Virus record (IMG/VR): IMGVR_UViG_3300027996_003878
DNA: 64,000 nucleotides
Direction: 5' to 3' (one strand)
Source of the DNA: a virus
Taxonomy: Duplodnaviria > Caudoviricetes
Notes under the pieces: model-generated
Database searches by the model: none
Told to the model about the DNA's origin: nothing
The model's input: only the letters and a program-made list of their open reading frames with translations
Program-made: the position numbers and the translations under genes
Shown: piece after piece, positions 20,060-28,877 of the stretch
How positions within the stretch are numbered: position 1 is the stretch's first letter
How the letters are laid out: each line of letters starts with the position of its first letter

Positions 20060-20410
20060 TTAAAAATTTATAACCTCAATACCATCTTCGGTTGTATAAT
20101 AAATTTTATTAACTTTTTTTGTTTTTATTGCACTCATGCAGCGCGCACAAGGCCTGGCAAGGCCGTAAGATCCATCCCTCTTAACCCTAGCGACGTAAAG
20201 AGTACATCCAAAACCACACTTTCTTAGCACCCTTGTCTCTGCATGAATATACGGAGTAACGACTCGATTTGAAGTATTTCGTGATGTTACAATAACACCA
20301 TCTGCCCGAACAGCAGCCGCCCCCAAATAAAAATGACGACGACGATCATTATTAAATTTAGCAGCGCTCGCCGCCAAATCAATCATTCTTTTAATTTTCA
20401 AAGACATCAA
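20060..20410 (-). CDS. Zn-dependent cytidine/deoxycytidylate deaminase-like protein
   Basis: HAE and ARPCARC motifs. Confidence 0.85.
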   Translation of the reverse strand: MMSLKIKRMIDLAASAAKFNNDRRRHFYLGAAAVRADGVIVTSRNTSNRVVTPYIHAETRVLRKCGFGCTLYVARVKRDGSYGLARPCARCMSAIKTKKVNKIYYTTEDGIEVINF

Positions 20411-20694
20411 TTACGGCTAATCGAACTATCAATACTTCCGTCATCCTGTGCAACTTTTAAGAGCACCAAATATCCTATTAAATCCATAACCGTATCTTCA
20501 TCTAAGTCATTTCCATGACCGTTAGAAATTCTGGACAATTTATCATCAATGCGGATTTTTATTTGCTCAACAGAATCCGCTCTTGAAAAAACTCTGATTG
20601 GAGAAATTGCCGAATCTCCATATTTACGATTTTTTGAAATTAATAAATCTTTAACTTGATCTACTACAGATAATATTTTATCTTCTGTACTCAT
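20407..20694 (-). CDS. DUF1599 / nucleotide-modification-associated domain protein
   Basis: KNRKYGDSA..IRIDDKLSRI..EDTVMDLIGYLVL. Confidence 0.75.
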   Translation of the reverse strand: MSTEDKILSVVDQVKDLLISKNRKYGDSAISPIRVFSRADSVEQIKIRIDDKLSRISNGHGNDLDEDTVMDLIGYLVLLKVAQDDGSIDSSISRN

Positions 20695-20700
20695 TAATAA

Positions 20701-21576
20701 CTAATCTTCAAACTTTGAAGCCTCTCGTTTTCTATCTAAATATACAGAAGCTCCGTTGTACAAAAAATCTGAAATCTTACGAAGATCTAACTTAGATGTA
20801 TAAACAATATGACCTAGTTCTTTATTGTTTTTCGATCTTTTTACTTTAATATCTCTTTCCCCAACACCACAATGGTTTTTCAGGACCGCCATGAAAGATT
20901 GTAAAAACTCAACAGGGCCGCTTGTTTTAAAGTATACAACCCTACCGGTATCTTTATCTTTATAAAAGTTACCCTTGGCATCCACCCACCCTCTAAGAAA
21001 ATGTCGAACCAAAGAATGATTCTTAACCCAATCAGGCATGTTATAGTTATAAGTTTTAGAAGAGGTTACATTGAATTCTTCTTCTAAATCTGTAACCATC
21101 TCCTTTGAAGATACCAAAAACCTTACCGTCAAATAAGGGTTTGTATTTTTGTTAATGGTCAATTTTTTTACAGGGGCCTCGGATTTGATCGCATTCTTTA
21201 ACTTATTTAAAAACGCCTCTTCTCTAAAAGACATATTAACAAAAATTCTATAGCTAGACTTTCCGCTTGTATTTCGAGAGATATTTCCATTTCCCGCTAA
21301 AAAGCCAGCCCAATAAAACTGCTCCTCCCCTTCTCTTGAAAAGAAGCGATGATCGCAATCATATTTTCTAAAAGAAAAACCATATTTAATATTATTTTTC
21401 TTAAATAGGCCAACCATTTTTGACCGACTCATATTATACTTTTTCGCTACTTTAGAAATATTCTTGTATTTTAAGTAATCATCCTGCAATGCTTTTCTAA
21501 CATCACCGCTAAGGACCCCCTCAAAATCAACAAGACTATTTAAACTTAAATCATCAAATAAAATATTTTCACTCAT
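20701..21576 (-). CDS. Free-standing double-motif LAGLIDADG-fold protein with N-terminal HTH, catalytic residues altered
   Basis: YWAGFLAGNG and HFLRGWVDAKG motifs. Confidence 0.75.
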   Translation of the reverse strand: MSENILFDDLSLNSLVDFEGVLSGDVRKALQDDYLKYKNISKVAKKYNMSRSKMVGLFKKNNIKYGFSFRKYDCDHRFFSREGEEQFYWAGFLAGNGNISRNTSGKSSYRIFVNMSFREEAFLNKLKNAIKSEAPVKKLTINKNTNPYLTVRFLVSSKEMVTDLEEEFNVTSSKTYNYNMPDWVKNHSLVRHFLRGWVDAKGNFYKDKDTGRVVYFKTSGPVEFLQSFMAVLKNHCGVGERDIKVKRSKNNKELGHIVYTSKLDLRKISDFLYNGASVYLDRKREASKFED

Positions 21577-21646
21577 AGGGATAATCTAACCACCCTGGTC
21601 GTAATTGCAATAGTAAAAAATCTATTAAATTAAAAAGTAAATACAG

Positions 21647-21994
21647 TTAGTTTGACTTTTTTGAGCGCTCCTTCATTCGAGCTGATTTGTAATTCAAATC
21701 AAAGTTATTATTGGTTTTTAATTTTAATTTAGAATGAAGCTCTTTGAGAGCTGCCTGTGGCGCACCCATAATACTTATAGTTACAAAATCTTCAAAGCCG
21801 TCTGGGTTCTTTAGTACCGCCTTTGCAATAACGCTTTCCCCTACGCCATCTTCGCCTTCGGAATAACAGTAAACGAAAGAAATTAAAACATGATCAGTTT
21901 TAAACGGCTTTGTGGTGTCGTAATAAATACTAGCAAGGTTAATAATATCTTTAATGGTTTCTTTAAACCCCCTACTATCAAATTTCAATTCCAT
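21647..21994 (-). CDS. Hypothetical protein
   Basis: 115-aa ORF. Confidence 0.6.
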   Translation of the reverse strand: MELKFDSRGFKETIKDIINLASIYYDTTKPFKTDHVLISFVYCYSEGEDGVGESVIAKAVLKNPDGFEDFVTISIMGAPQAALKELHSKLKLKTNNNFDLNYKSARMKERSKKSN

Positions 21995-22046
21995 ACTTGT
22001 GAATATAACACTATTGATTCAATCAATAAAACAACATTGTTTTGAA

Positions 22047-22457
22047 ATGAAAAAGGACAGAAATTACTTTAATAATCGAAGAAAAAAGAGAAGAAAAGAA
22101 TTTCTAGATACTCTTGGTGGCAAATGTGACAGCTGCGGAGCCATTGATGGGTTGCAATTTGATCACATAGATCCAAAAACTAAAAAATTCAATATATCAA
22201 AAAAAATAGATGCCCCAAGAGAAATTATTATTGAAGAATTGAAAAAATGCAAAATACTGTGCGAGTCTTGTCATAGAAAAAAGACAAGAGATAATTGGGA
22301 ATATGGAAGACCAAAAGCAGAACACGGCTCTTTATGGATGTATAAAAAGTACAAATGTCGTTGCGATAAATGCAAAAAAACAATGAGCGATTACAATAAA
22401 AACAAAAGAATTCAGCTAATTAAAGAAATATCTGACCTTCTTAAAATTATGCTTTAA
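22047..22457 (+). CDS. HNH endonuclease
   Basis: CDSCG..LQFDHIDP...KCKILCESCHRKKT, then HG....Y..YKCRCDKC. Likely start 22047. Confidence 0.8.
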   Translation: MKKDRNYFNNRRKKRRKEFLDTLGGKCDSCGAIDGLQFDHIDPKTKKFNISKKIDAPREIIIEELKKCKILCESCHRKKTRDNWEYGRPKAEHGSLWMYKKYKCRCDKCKKTMSDYNKNKRIQLIKEISDLLKIML

Positions 22458-22545
22458 TTATATTTTTTAAATATTTTTATAATTATTAATAATAATTTAT
22501 TATAATTGTGTAAGATAATAAATTATTATTTATTTAGGAGTAAAA

Positions 22546-23301
22546 TTGAAAAATATATATTTGTTTCTTTTTTTATTATTATTTTCATTTGGATGTTGCA
22601 TTAATAAAACTAAGTCTCCTGAGGTAAAGCCGCCGAAATTAAGTCAGCAAAGCAGTGAAGTATCTGAAGCTCTAGCTTTAAAGTATCAAAACTCATCTGT
22701 GGCGTTAATTGTAAATTTGCCAAACACCTACAAAACCTATTGTAGCGGTGTGTGGGTTTCTAAGTACACAATGGTCACAGCCAAACATTGCGTTGAGCTT
22801 GAAGGATTGCTTGAAGGAGAGGATGTAATAGGAATGCCTTTAAGCTTAATAAGCTACAACGAATTCAGAGCCACTTTTCCACCAAAAAAGCGCGCAAAAG
22901 CCTTCAGCGCTATTGTTAGTGGCATATCTGAAGGCTCCGACATCGCTCTTCTTACTACAAAAGAAGAAGTTGCTCATGAGACAGTAAGGGTGCCTGAAAG
23001 GCCAATCGCCGTTGGAGGGCCAGCTTATATAGTCGGAAGCACCGCTGGCTTTCCATTTACGTTTATGAAGGGCGTTGTTTCTCAGATAAGAAAAATGAAT
23101 ATTTTTAAAAATAAGCCACCAATGAAAACGGTTCACATAACCGCTCATGTATGGTTTGGGAATTCAGGAGGCCCTGCTATTGACTCAAACGGAAACCTGC
23201 TGGGAATATGCTCTTTTATGATGAGGGCTCCAGGAGCCACATTCTTCGTACACAGAGACGAGGTAATAAAGTTATTAGATAAATACGAAATAGAATTCTA
23301 A
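22546..23301 (+). CDS. Trypsin-like serine protease with signal peptide (possible lipoprotein)
   Basis: Triad VTAKHCV, SDIALL, GNSGGP; hydrophobic N-terminus ending FGCC. Confidence 0.9.
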   Translation: MKNIYLFLFLLLFSFGCCINKTKSPEVKPPKLSQQSSEVSEALALKYQNSSVALIVNLPNTYKTYCSGVWVSKYTMVTAKHCVELEGLLEGEDVIGMPLSLISYNEFRATFPPKKRAKAFSAIVSGISEGSDIALLTTKEEVAHETVRVPERPIAVGGPAYIVGSTAGFPFTFMKGVVSQIRKMNIFKNKPPMKTVHITAHVWFGNSGGPAIDSNGNLLGICSFMMRAPGATFFVHRDEVIKLLDKYEIEF

Positions 23302-24530
23302 TCTTCATCGCTATAAGAATAAAACTCTAAAATCTTATCAGAAATTGATTTTAGAGTTTTTTGTTCAATTTTCCTAACGCCCTCCCGACTTAGATCTAAC
23401 ATCTCAGCGACTTTAACAAGGCTCGCGCATTCATTCTCAGAGTTAAATCCAAATCTTTGTTGGATAATAAACTTCTGCCTGTCATTTAATTGATTTAAAA
23501 TAAAATTAACATCATCAATTAAACGCTTTTTCAGCAATGAGCCGTCTGGACTCTGAAATACATTGCTCTGAAGGGAGTCAGAGCTGCTTTTAAACAATGC
23601 AACATTTGTTGAAAATCCTTTTCCGAAGTCTTCTGCTTTATTTGGATGCTCCTCAAAGGAAGAATAGTTGAAATTATTTAAAACAACGTTTATAATGTCT
23701 TTTGTATTTCCTGTAATTTCTTTATATTCTTCTTCATTTAAAGTTCTGTTCTTTAATAGTAAAGATTTCTTATTAAGTTTTTTATATTTACGTCTTTTAT
23801 TTTGAACATTAATTGGAAACCTTATTGTAGAATTCATATTATCTATAAATCTATTTATAAAAAACTTAATCCAGTAAACGGAATATGTTCCAAAGGAATA
23901 CCCTAATCTATAGTTATATTTATCAACCGCTCTCATTAAGCCGAAGATTCCCTCTTGAATCAAATCATCTACAGAAACATTAAGGCTATTTCTGTAGATT
24001 TTATAAGCAGACATTCTTACAAGTCCAATATGACTCTTTACAAATTTTTGTTTTTTATTAATTATATCTTTTAAGATATAATTAATTTCTTTCTTCCACT
24101 CTGAAAAGAATATAGTATTTTTTATCTTATTTATAGTCTGAGTGTAAATTTTATTATCGCTGTAGCTTATATTTGAAGAAAATATATTTTTATCAATAAG
24201 CCTAATCCATTCTGAAAAACCATCAGATCGGTTTATTTTTGAAACAAAGCTTGAGACTAACATACTAAAAGTACAAATACTGTAGTCGCAATTATTATAG
24301 ATAATATCTTTTAATTGATTATAATCTTTAGATTTAAATAACTCATCTGCATCAATAAATAATTCTTTTCTTTTGCTGTTGTTAATATCAGCTACTAGCT
24401 TTTCATTCAAATCTTTGAAAAAGCAAACCTGCAAAGGCTTGAATGAAAATAGCCTCAAGCATAAATCTTGATAAGATTCTTCAAGGTTTACGAAAAAGGT
24501 ATTAGTATCACTAGCGCTCGCAACAACCAT
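23298..24530 (-). CDS. RNA polymerase sigma-70 family factor (RpoD-like)
   Basis: DDLIQEGIFGLMRAVDKYNYRLGYSFGTYSVYWI; region 4 SLVKVAEMLDLSREGVRKIE. Confidence 0.92.
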   Translation of the reverse strand: MVVASASDTNTFFVNLEESYQDLCLRLFSFKPLQVCFFKDLNEKLVADINNSKRKELFIDADELFKSKDYNQLKDIIYNNCDYSICTFSMLVSSFVSKINRSDGFSEWIRLIDKNIFSSNISYSDNKIYTQTINKIKNTIFFSEWKKEINYILKDIINKKQKFVKSHIGLVRMSAYKIYRNSLNVSVDDLIQEGIFGLMRAVDKYNYRLGYSFGTYSVYWIKFFINRFIDNMNSTIRFPINVQNKRRKYKKLNKKSLLLKNRTLNEEEYKEITGNTKDIINVVLNNFNYSSFEEHPNKAEDFGKGFSTNVALFKSSSDSLQSNVFQSPDGSLLKKRLIDDVNFILNQLNDRQKFIIQQRFGFNSENECASLVKVAEMLDLSREGVRKIEQKTLKSISDKILEFYSYSDED

Positions 24531-24575
24531 AATAATTACCTGAGATCTAAAAACACCAATTTAAAATAAATTGAA

Positions 24576-24809
24576 TCAATCTCCGCTCGGAAGCTCCAAG
24601 CATAGCCTGTTAATCCTTACATTGCAATACAAGGTTGTGATTCCCAGAGCAATCGCAATAGAGGCCGACACAGCCGCCACAACCTTCAATGAGTAACAAA
24701 GAGAAAGAAGTGAAATCGCTAACATTACAACTGAAGTTGGATGAGTTAAGCTTTTAATCGTTATTAGATTATCAATTATTAATAATATTTTTTTAGTTTT
24801 TTTATTCAC
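24576..24809 (-). CDS. Small membrane protein
   Basis: Two hydrophobic helices. Confidence 0.5.
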   Translation of the reverse strand: MNKKTKKILLIIDNLITIKSLTHPTSVVMLAISLLSLCYSLKVVAAVSASIAIALGITTLYCNVRINRLCLELPSGD

Positions 24810-24864
24810 ATAATATTCTTGCTAATAAATACAACAAGAATCGATAAAAACTAAAATTACTCAG

Positions 24865-24938
24865 TAGGGCGGGTCAGACTTGAACTGACAACCAACGGTT
24901 TATGAGACCGTTGCTCTAACCAATTGAGCTACCGCCCC
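24865..24938 (-). tRNA. tRNA with CAT anticodon, probably tRNA-Ile2 (alternatively elongator Met)
   Basis: Cloverleaf: acceptor GGGGCGG/CCGCCCT, D arm GCTC/GAGC, anticodon stem ACGGT/ACCGT with loop CTCATAA, T arm GTCAG-TTCAAGT-CTGAC, discriminator A, no encoded CCA. Confidence 0.93.
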
Positions 24939-24949
24939 GTAGAAAAGGT

Positions 24950-24978
24950 AAAGTACTCACCGACTAAAGGAAAGTCAA
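24950..24978 (-). promoter_or_regulatory. Sigma70-type promoter for the tRNA
   Basis: TTGACT-17 bp-TACTTT ending 11 nt upstream of the tRNA 5' end. Confidence 0.55.
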
Positions 24979-25049
24979 GCAGTTAAGACGACTAAAGTTG
25001 TCAAAAAAAACAGGCATACTTCTTGCAAGAAAGAGATACATCTTCGTGG

Positions 25050-25661
25050 TCAAAGATCAGAGTATTTTACGTCAAGAAGCTTTTTTCTTATGACTTTTCT
25101 TATTCCTGGATTAATTTTTATAGCATAAGGCATTATTTTATTTCTAACTATATTTCTCATATATTTATTTGATTTGTTAGAAGGATCTTCTATATATTCG
25201 ATACTATTTTTTAAAGACCAGTTTATAATTTGTTGTTTGCTAGTTAATAAAAACGGCCTTATTACATTTTTATTTTTATAAGGTGTTAGCTTTGGCTTTC
25301 CACATAGAGACGACAAGATCCACCACTCAACTACATCATCTAAATGATGTGCTGTTACAATTGGTAATTTGCAACTATGAAATATTTCATACCTTAAATT
25401 TCTCCAGTATTCTTCAGGAGATTCATTTGTATGAATAGCTCTTTTTGGTTTAAATAAAAGCAACTCAATATTATATTTTTTTGAAATTTCTTTTAGAAAA
25501 AAAGAGGCTTTTTCTCCATAATCTGTCCCATGATTAATATTTATTAATTTGAAGTTATGACCTCCCTTTAATAAAAAATCCATAGCTACCATAGAATCTA
25601 TACCTCCTGAGCAAGCTAAATAAAATAACTTTCTTGGTGGTTTTTTAAATAGGTGAATCAT
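25050..25661 (-). CDS. tilS: tRNA(Ile)-lysidine synthetase, catalytic domain only
   Basis: ACSGGIDS, RNLRY, AHHLDD, IRPFL, EDPSN..YMRNIVR. Confidence 0.9.
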   Translation of the reverse strand: MIHLFKKPPRKLFYLACSGGIDSMVAMDFLLKGGHNFKLININHGTDYGEKASFFLKEISKKYNIELLLFKPKRAIHTNESPEEYWRNLRYEIFHSCKLPIVTAHHLDDVVEWWILSSLCGKPKLTPYKNKNVIRPFLLTSKQQIINWSLKNSIEYIEDPSNKSNKYMRNIVRNKIMPYAIKINPGIRKVIRKKLLDVKYSDL

Positions 25662-25951
25662 ATTTGCTTAGTATTTAAGTGCTTTTATGAGATCTTATAA
25701 ATAATAACATTATACTATAAACTAAGACTTATCCTAATAAATACAATCACTTAAGTATCTGTCAGAAAAAACTGCTATATAATACTTCGTATTATATGTA
25801 TTTATATATATTTATATATTTTATAATATTATTTATAATTATATTACATATATTACAATTGACGCGCGCAGCACCTGCGCGTAGCAATATGCATGCCACA
25901 ATCAGCTAAATCATATGTTTTTTTTTATTTGAATTTTTGTCGATAAATTGG

Positions 25952-26812
25952 CTACGGGCTAATATTTTTTCGTATGCAGTATCTGTGGAGTTTATCTTTC
26001 ACTTTCTTTTCAATTTGCCTGATTCTTTCTTTTGTTAAGTTGAGTTTTAATCCAATTTGTTCAAGTGTTTCTGGCTCGTCGCTTGTCATCCTCTTTTCTA
26101 AAATTAATAATTCAGCATCATTTAGAGATAGTTTAAATTTATTTATGTTTTCTTTTAAAATTAAAATATTTTCTAAATTTTCAAATATTTTTTCTGGTGT
26201 GCCTGACTCTCTGGCGCTAAGTTTTTCTAAAGAGTTTATTAAACCATTGCTGTCGTCTTCATTATTGTTGGACGAAGTGTCTAAGCTAAGCTCCGGCGAC
26301 GATAGTCTTTGTTCCATTTCAGAAAGCTCTTGCACTTTGACGTCAAGTCGTGCTGCAAGTTGCTCCTGCGTTAGAGATATGCCTTGGCCCTCTAGCTTTG
26401 CTTTTTCTTTTTTTAATACATAAAATAGCTTTCTTTGCGCTTTGGTAGTTCCGATGCGAACTAAATATGTAGACTCAAGTGTATATTTTAAAATATAGGC
26501 TTTAATCCATCCCGCCGCATAGCTTCCTAAGGGGACTCCAAGATACGGGTTAAATTTTTCAATGGCTCTCATTAATCCAAGAGTGCCTTCTTGAATTATA
26601 TCTAGGAAATTTTCTGAATTAAATTTATACTTACTTGCTATTTTGATGACTAGTCTTAAGTTGTGGTAGACTAATCTTTCTTTAGTTTTTTCATCTTTAG
26701 TTTCGTAATAAAAAGAAGTTAATTGTAACTCTTCTCCTTTTGACAATACTTTATATTCGCTAACTCTTTTAGTATAAAAATTTGATAGAATTGCTTTTTT
26801 TGAACTATGCAT
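25952..26812 (-). CDS. rpoH: RpoH/sigma-32-like sigma factor
   Basis: NLRLVIKIA, DIIQEGTLGLMRAIEKF, RpoH box RIGTTKAQRKLFY, TLEQIG....TKERIRQIE. Confidence 0.88.
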   Translation of the reverse strand: MHSSKKAILSNFYTKRVSEYKVLSKGEELQLTSFYYETKDEKTKERLVYHNLRLVIKIASKYKFNSENFLDIIQEGTLGLMRAIEKFNPYLGVPLGSYAAGWIKAYILKYTLESTYLVRIGTTKAQRKLFYVLKKEKAKLEGQGISLTQEQLAARLDVKVQELSEMEQRLSSPELSLDTSSNNNEDDSNGLINSLEKLSARESGTPEKIFENLENILILKENINKFKLSLNDAELLILEKRMTSDEPETLEQIGLKLNLTKERIRQIEKKVKDKLHRYCIRKNISP

Positions 26813-26861
26813 TTTTCCCCGTGTTTGTTTTGCATATAAACAAGTTAAATTTTAAATAAAG

Positions 26862-27470
26862 TTATTTATTATATTTTAGTTCATTTAAAGCTTTTTTTGT
26901 TTTTATCATATCTTTAAGCGATACCATTCTTTTGCCCTTCAGGTTGGTATCCGAATATCCTAATTTTTTAGCCTCCCTTATTAGCTCAGATCTTGAAAGC
27001 AAATCAAGCTCTAAAGCTTTTTCTTGAGAAGAGGTTTTTTTTACTTTAATAGAGCTATTGTCAGTTACGGAGGTTTCTTTTTTACTGTTACTATGATTTT
27101 TTTTATTATTTGTAATTTGAATTGATTTTTCAATTTCAATGTCTTTTAAAGCATTTGGTATTGCTGCGGCCTTCTTAGCTGCTTTAGTCGCCCGTGCCTC
27201 CGTAGCAGGGCCTGTAGGGCCAGCAGCTCTCTTAGGCGGCGGTGAGGGAGCGACAGCCGAGCTAGAGGCTGCGTTGTGCCTATTAAGGAGCTGCCTTAAC
27301 CGTGACTCTGATATTTCATAACCAAAAGTTAAATCAATCAACATTTGATGCAAAGATCTAAATAGCGATATATTATTTTCAATATTCATTGAAACTTTGC
27401 TTATCTCATAATTTATAAGACCTACTAATTCTTTGTTATTTTTCATCAATGTATAAGTAAAAAAAATCAA
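26862..27470 (-). CDS. Hypothetical protein with Ala/Pro/Lys linker and possible Rho-N-like C-terminus
   Basis: Histone-like PPPKRAAGP..KAAKKAAA segment; LSRSELIREAKKLG. Confidence 0.6.
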   Translation of the reverse strand: MIFFTYTLMKNNKELVGLINYEISKVSMNIENNISLFRSLHQMLIDLTFGYEISESRLRQLLNRHNAASSSAVAPSPPPKRAAGPTGPATEARATKAAKKAAAIPNALKDIEIEKSIQITNNKKNHSNSKKETSVTDNSSIKVKKTSSQEKALELDLLSRSELIREAKKLGYSDTNLKGKRMVSLKDMIKTKKALNELKYNK

Positions 27471-27523
27471 GTAATATAATTTATAAATTACTTGATTTTT
27501 TTTTCGTCAAATTTTGTTAAAGT

Positions 27524-28216
27524 TTAATCTTCTGAGCTGAAATGCTGACTTGATTCTTCCGATTCATCAAAAAATAATCTAAATGGAGGGCTGATTTCCG
27601 TTTTGAAATTATCCGCTTGATCCTCCTCTTCATTGGGCTTTGCTGTGAGTTTAGCTCGGAGTGGCAAACGCCCTCTAATAACCCTCTGCGAGGTAAAGGG
27701 TTCGTCGGAATCATCGCTCTGCCCTGACGGAGGCTGAGGCTTACGCCTGATGCCCCCATAAATCCCAGTGCGAGACTCATAACCCTTAAGCTGACCGGAT
27801 TTTAGAGCACGAGATATTTTTTGTTCTGTACTAAGACCCTCAAGGCCCATAACTTTCGCTATCACTTTGCGGCTAACACACGCATCGCCAATACATAGCC
27901 TTTCAAGAGTAGCTGTTAGCAGCTCAACAAACGCCTCATCCACCCTAGCGGCCGGGGTGGAAGGGCTGTTAGCTTTTTTAATGGGTCTTATTGCTTCAGT
28001 GCCAAGCTTGTAAACTCCACCAGACGGACCTCGCTTAATATCAAAGCCGTCTAGTATGCCCGTTTTGATGATTGCGCCAATCGTAGATTCAAACTCTTTA
28101 TGAATGCCAAAATGTTTGCAAATATTTTTTCTAGTAATAGAAGAACCATCCGCACATTCTTCATTTAAAAAAACGATTAATTGATCAATAAAATTTTTAT
28201 TAAATAATTCTTTCAT
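27524..28216 (-). CDS. Tandem winged-helix-like DNA-binding protein
   Basis: Two repeats ending G.L.G(F/Y)..(K/R).G..GG(V/I); acidic tail. Confidence 0.6.
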   Translation of the reverse strand: MKELFNKNFIDQLIVFLNEECADGSSITRKNICKHFGIHKEFESTIGAIIKTGILDGFDIKRGPSGGVYKLGTEAIRPIKKANSPSTPAARVDEAFVELLTATLERLCIGDACVSRKVIAKVMGLEGLSTEQKISRALKSGQLKGYESRTGIYGGIRRKPQPPSGQSDDSDEPFTSQRVIRGRLPLRAKLTAKPNEEEDQADNFKTEISPPFRLFFDESEESSQHFSSED

Positions 28217-28262
28217 AAATACACCTAATTTTTTATGCTTATATTCTTATCTTTACCGTTGA

Positions 28263-28290
28263 ATCATAATCATACCGTGATAATTGTCAA
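28263..28290 (-). promoter_or_regulatory. Sigma70-type promoter
   Basis: TTGACA-16 bp-TATGAT. Confidence 0.6.
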
Positions 28291-28313
28291 GATTTTTTTT
28301 ATCTTTGCTCGAT

Positions 28314-28817
28314 TTAATTACCATAATGGTTTTGCATGCTCAAATAGCCGATATTATAGTAATTGTAGTCAATTTTTTTATTTTTTAGCTTAATATCTTT
28401 ATACCAATCGTTTTTAAACTTACCTTTTAACAGGACATCATTAACAATAAAAGAAAGCGCGCCATGCTTAAAGCTATTTGAGATGGTCTTGCTATTTTTC
28501 AAATTTATTTTTTTAAATTTTTTATAAATTTTATTTATTTCAATGCATGCCTTTTTAAAATTTTCTTTAATGTGCTTTGTTTTGCTTGTGTCGCCAAAGA
28601 TAAAGCAATCAATGCCTTTTTTATTGTAATCATAAACAATTTCACAATTATTAGCAACTGCCAAAACTTGAGCTAAATTGTGCTTCCAATAGGTAATTTT
28701 TTCTTGACTATAAAGAACGTTTTCTTCTTGAAAGTCTGTTTTATTCTTAAACTCTTCGTTGTTAAAGAAGACTATCTGTCTAGCTTCTTTTAATTTATTT
28801 AGATTTAATTCTTCCAT
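28314..28817 (-). CDS. Hypothetical protein (resembles the domain that accompanies DUF2786)
   Basis: WKHNLAQVLA..NNC....FIFG...NSFKHGA pattern. Confidence 0.5.
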   Translation of the reverse strand: MEELNLNKLKEARQIVFFNNEEFKNKTDFQEENVLYSQEKITYWKHNLAQVLAVANNCEIVYDYNKKGIDCFIFGDTSKTKHIKENFKKACIEINKIYKKFKKINLKNSKTISNSFKHGALSFIVNDVLLKGKFKNDWYKDIKLKNKKIDYNYYNIGYLSMQNHYGN

Positions 28818-28877
28818 AAAGTAAACATAACCACTAAGTGGTCTTACGCAACTTTTTTTTTTGAAAAAAAAACTAAA

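Noticed and set aside
20701-21576. Group I intron or intein hosting the LAGLIDADG ORF
   Set aside because: The flanking ORFs are separate complete genes, no intein Cys/His-Asn ends are seen, and the catalytic residues are altered.
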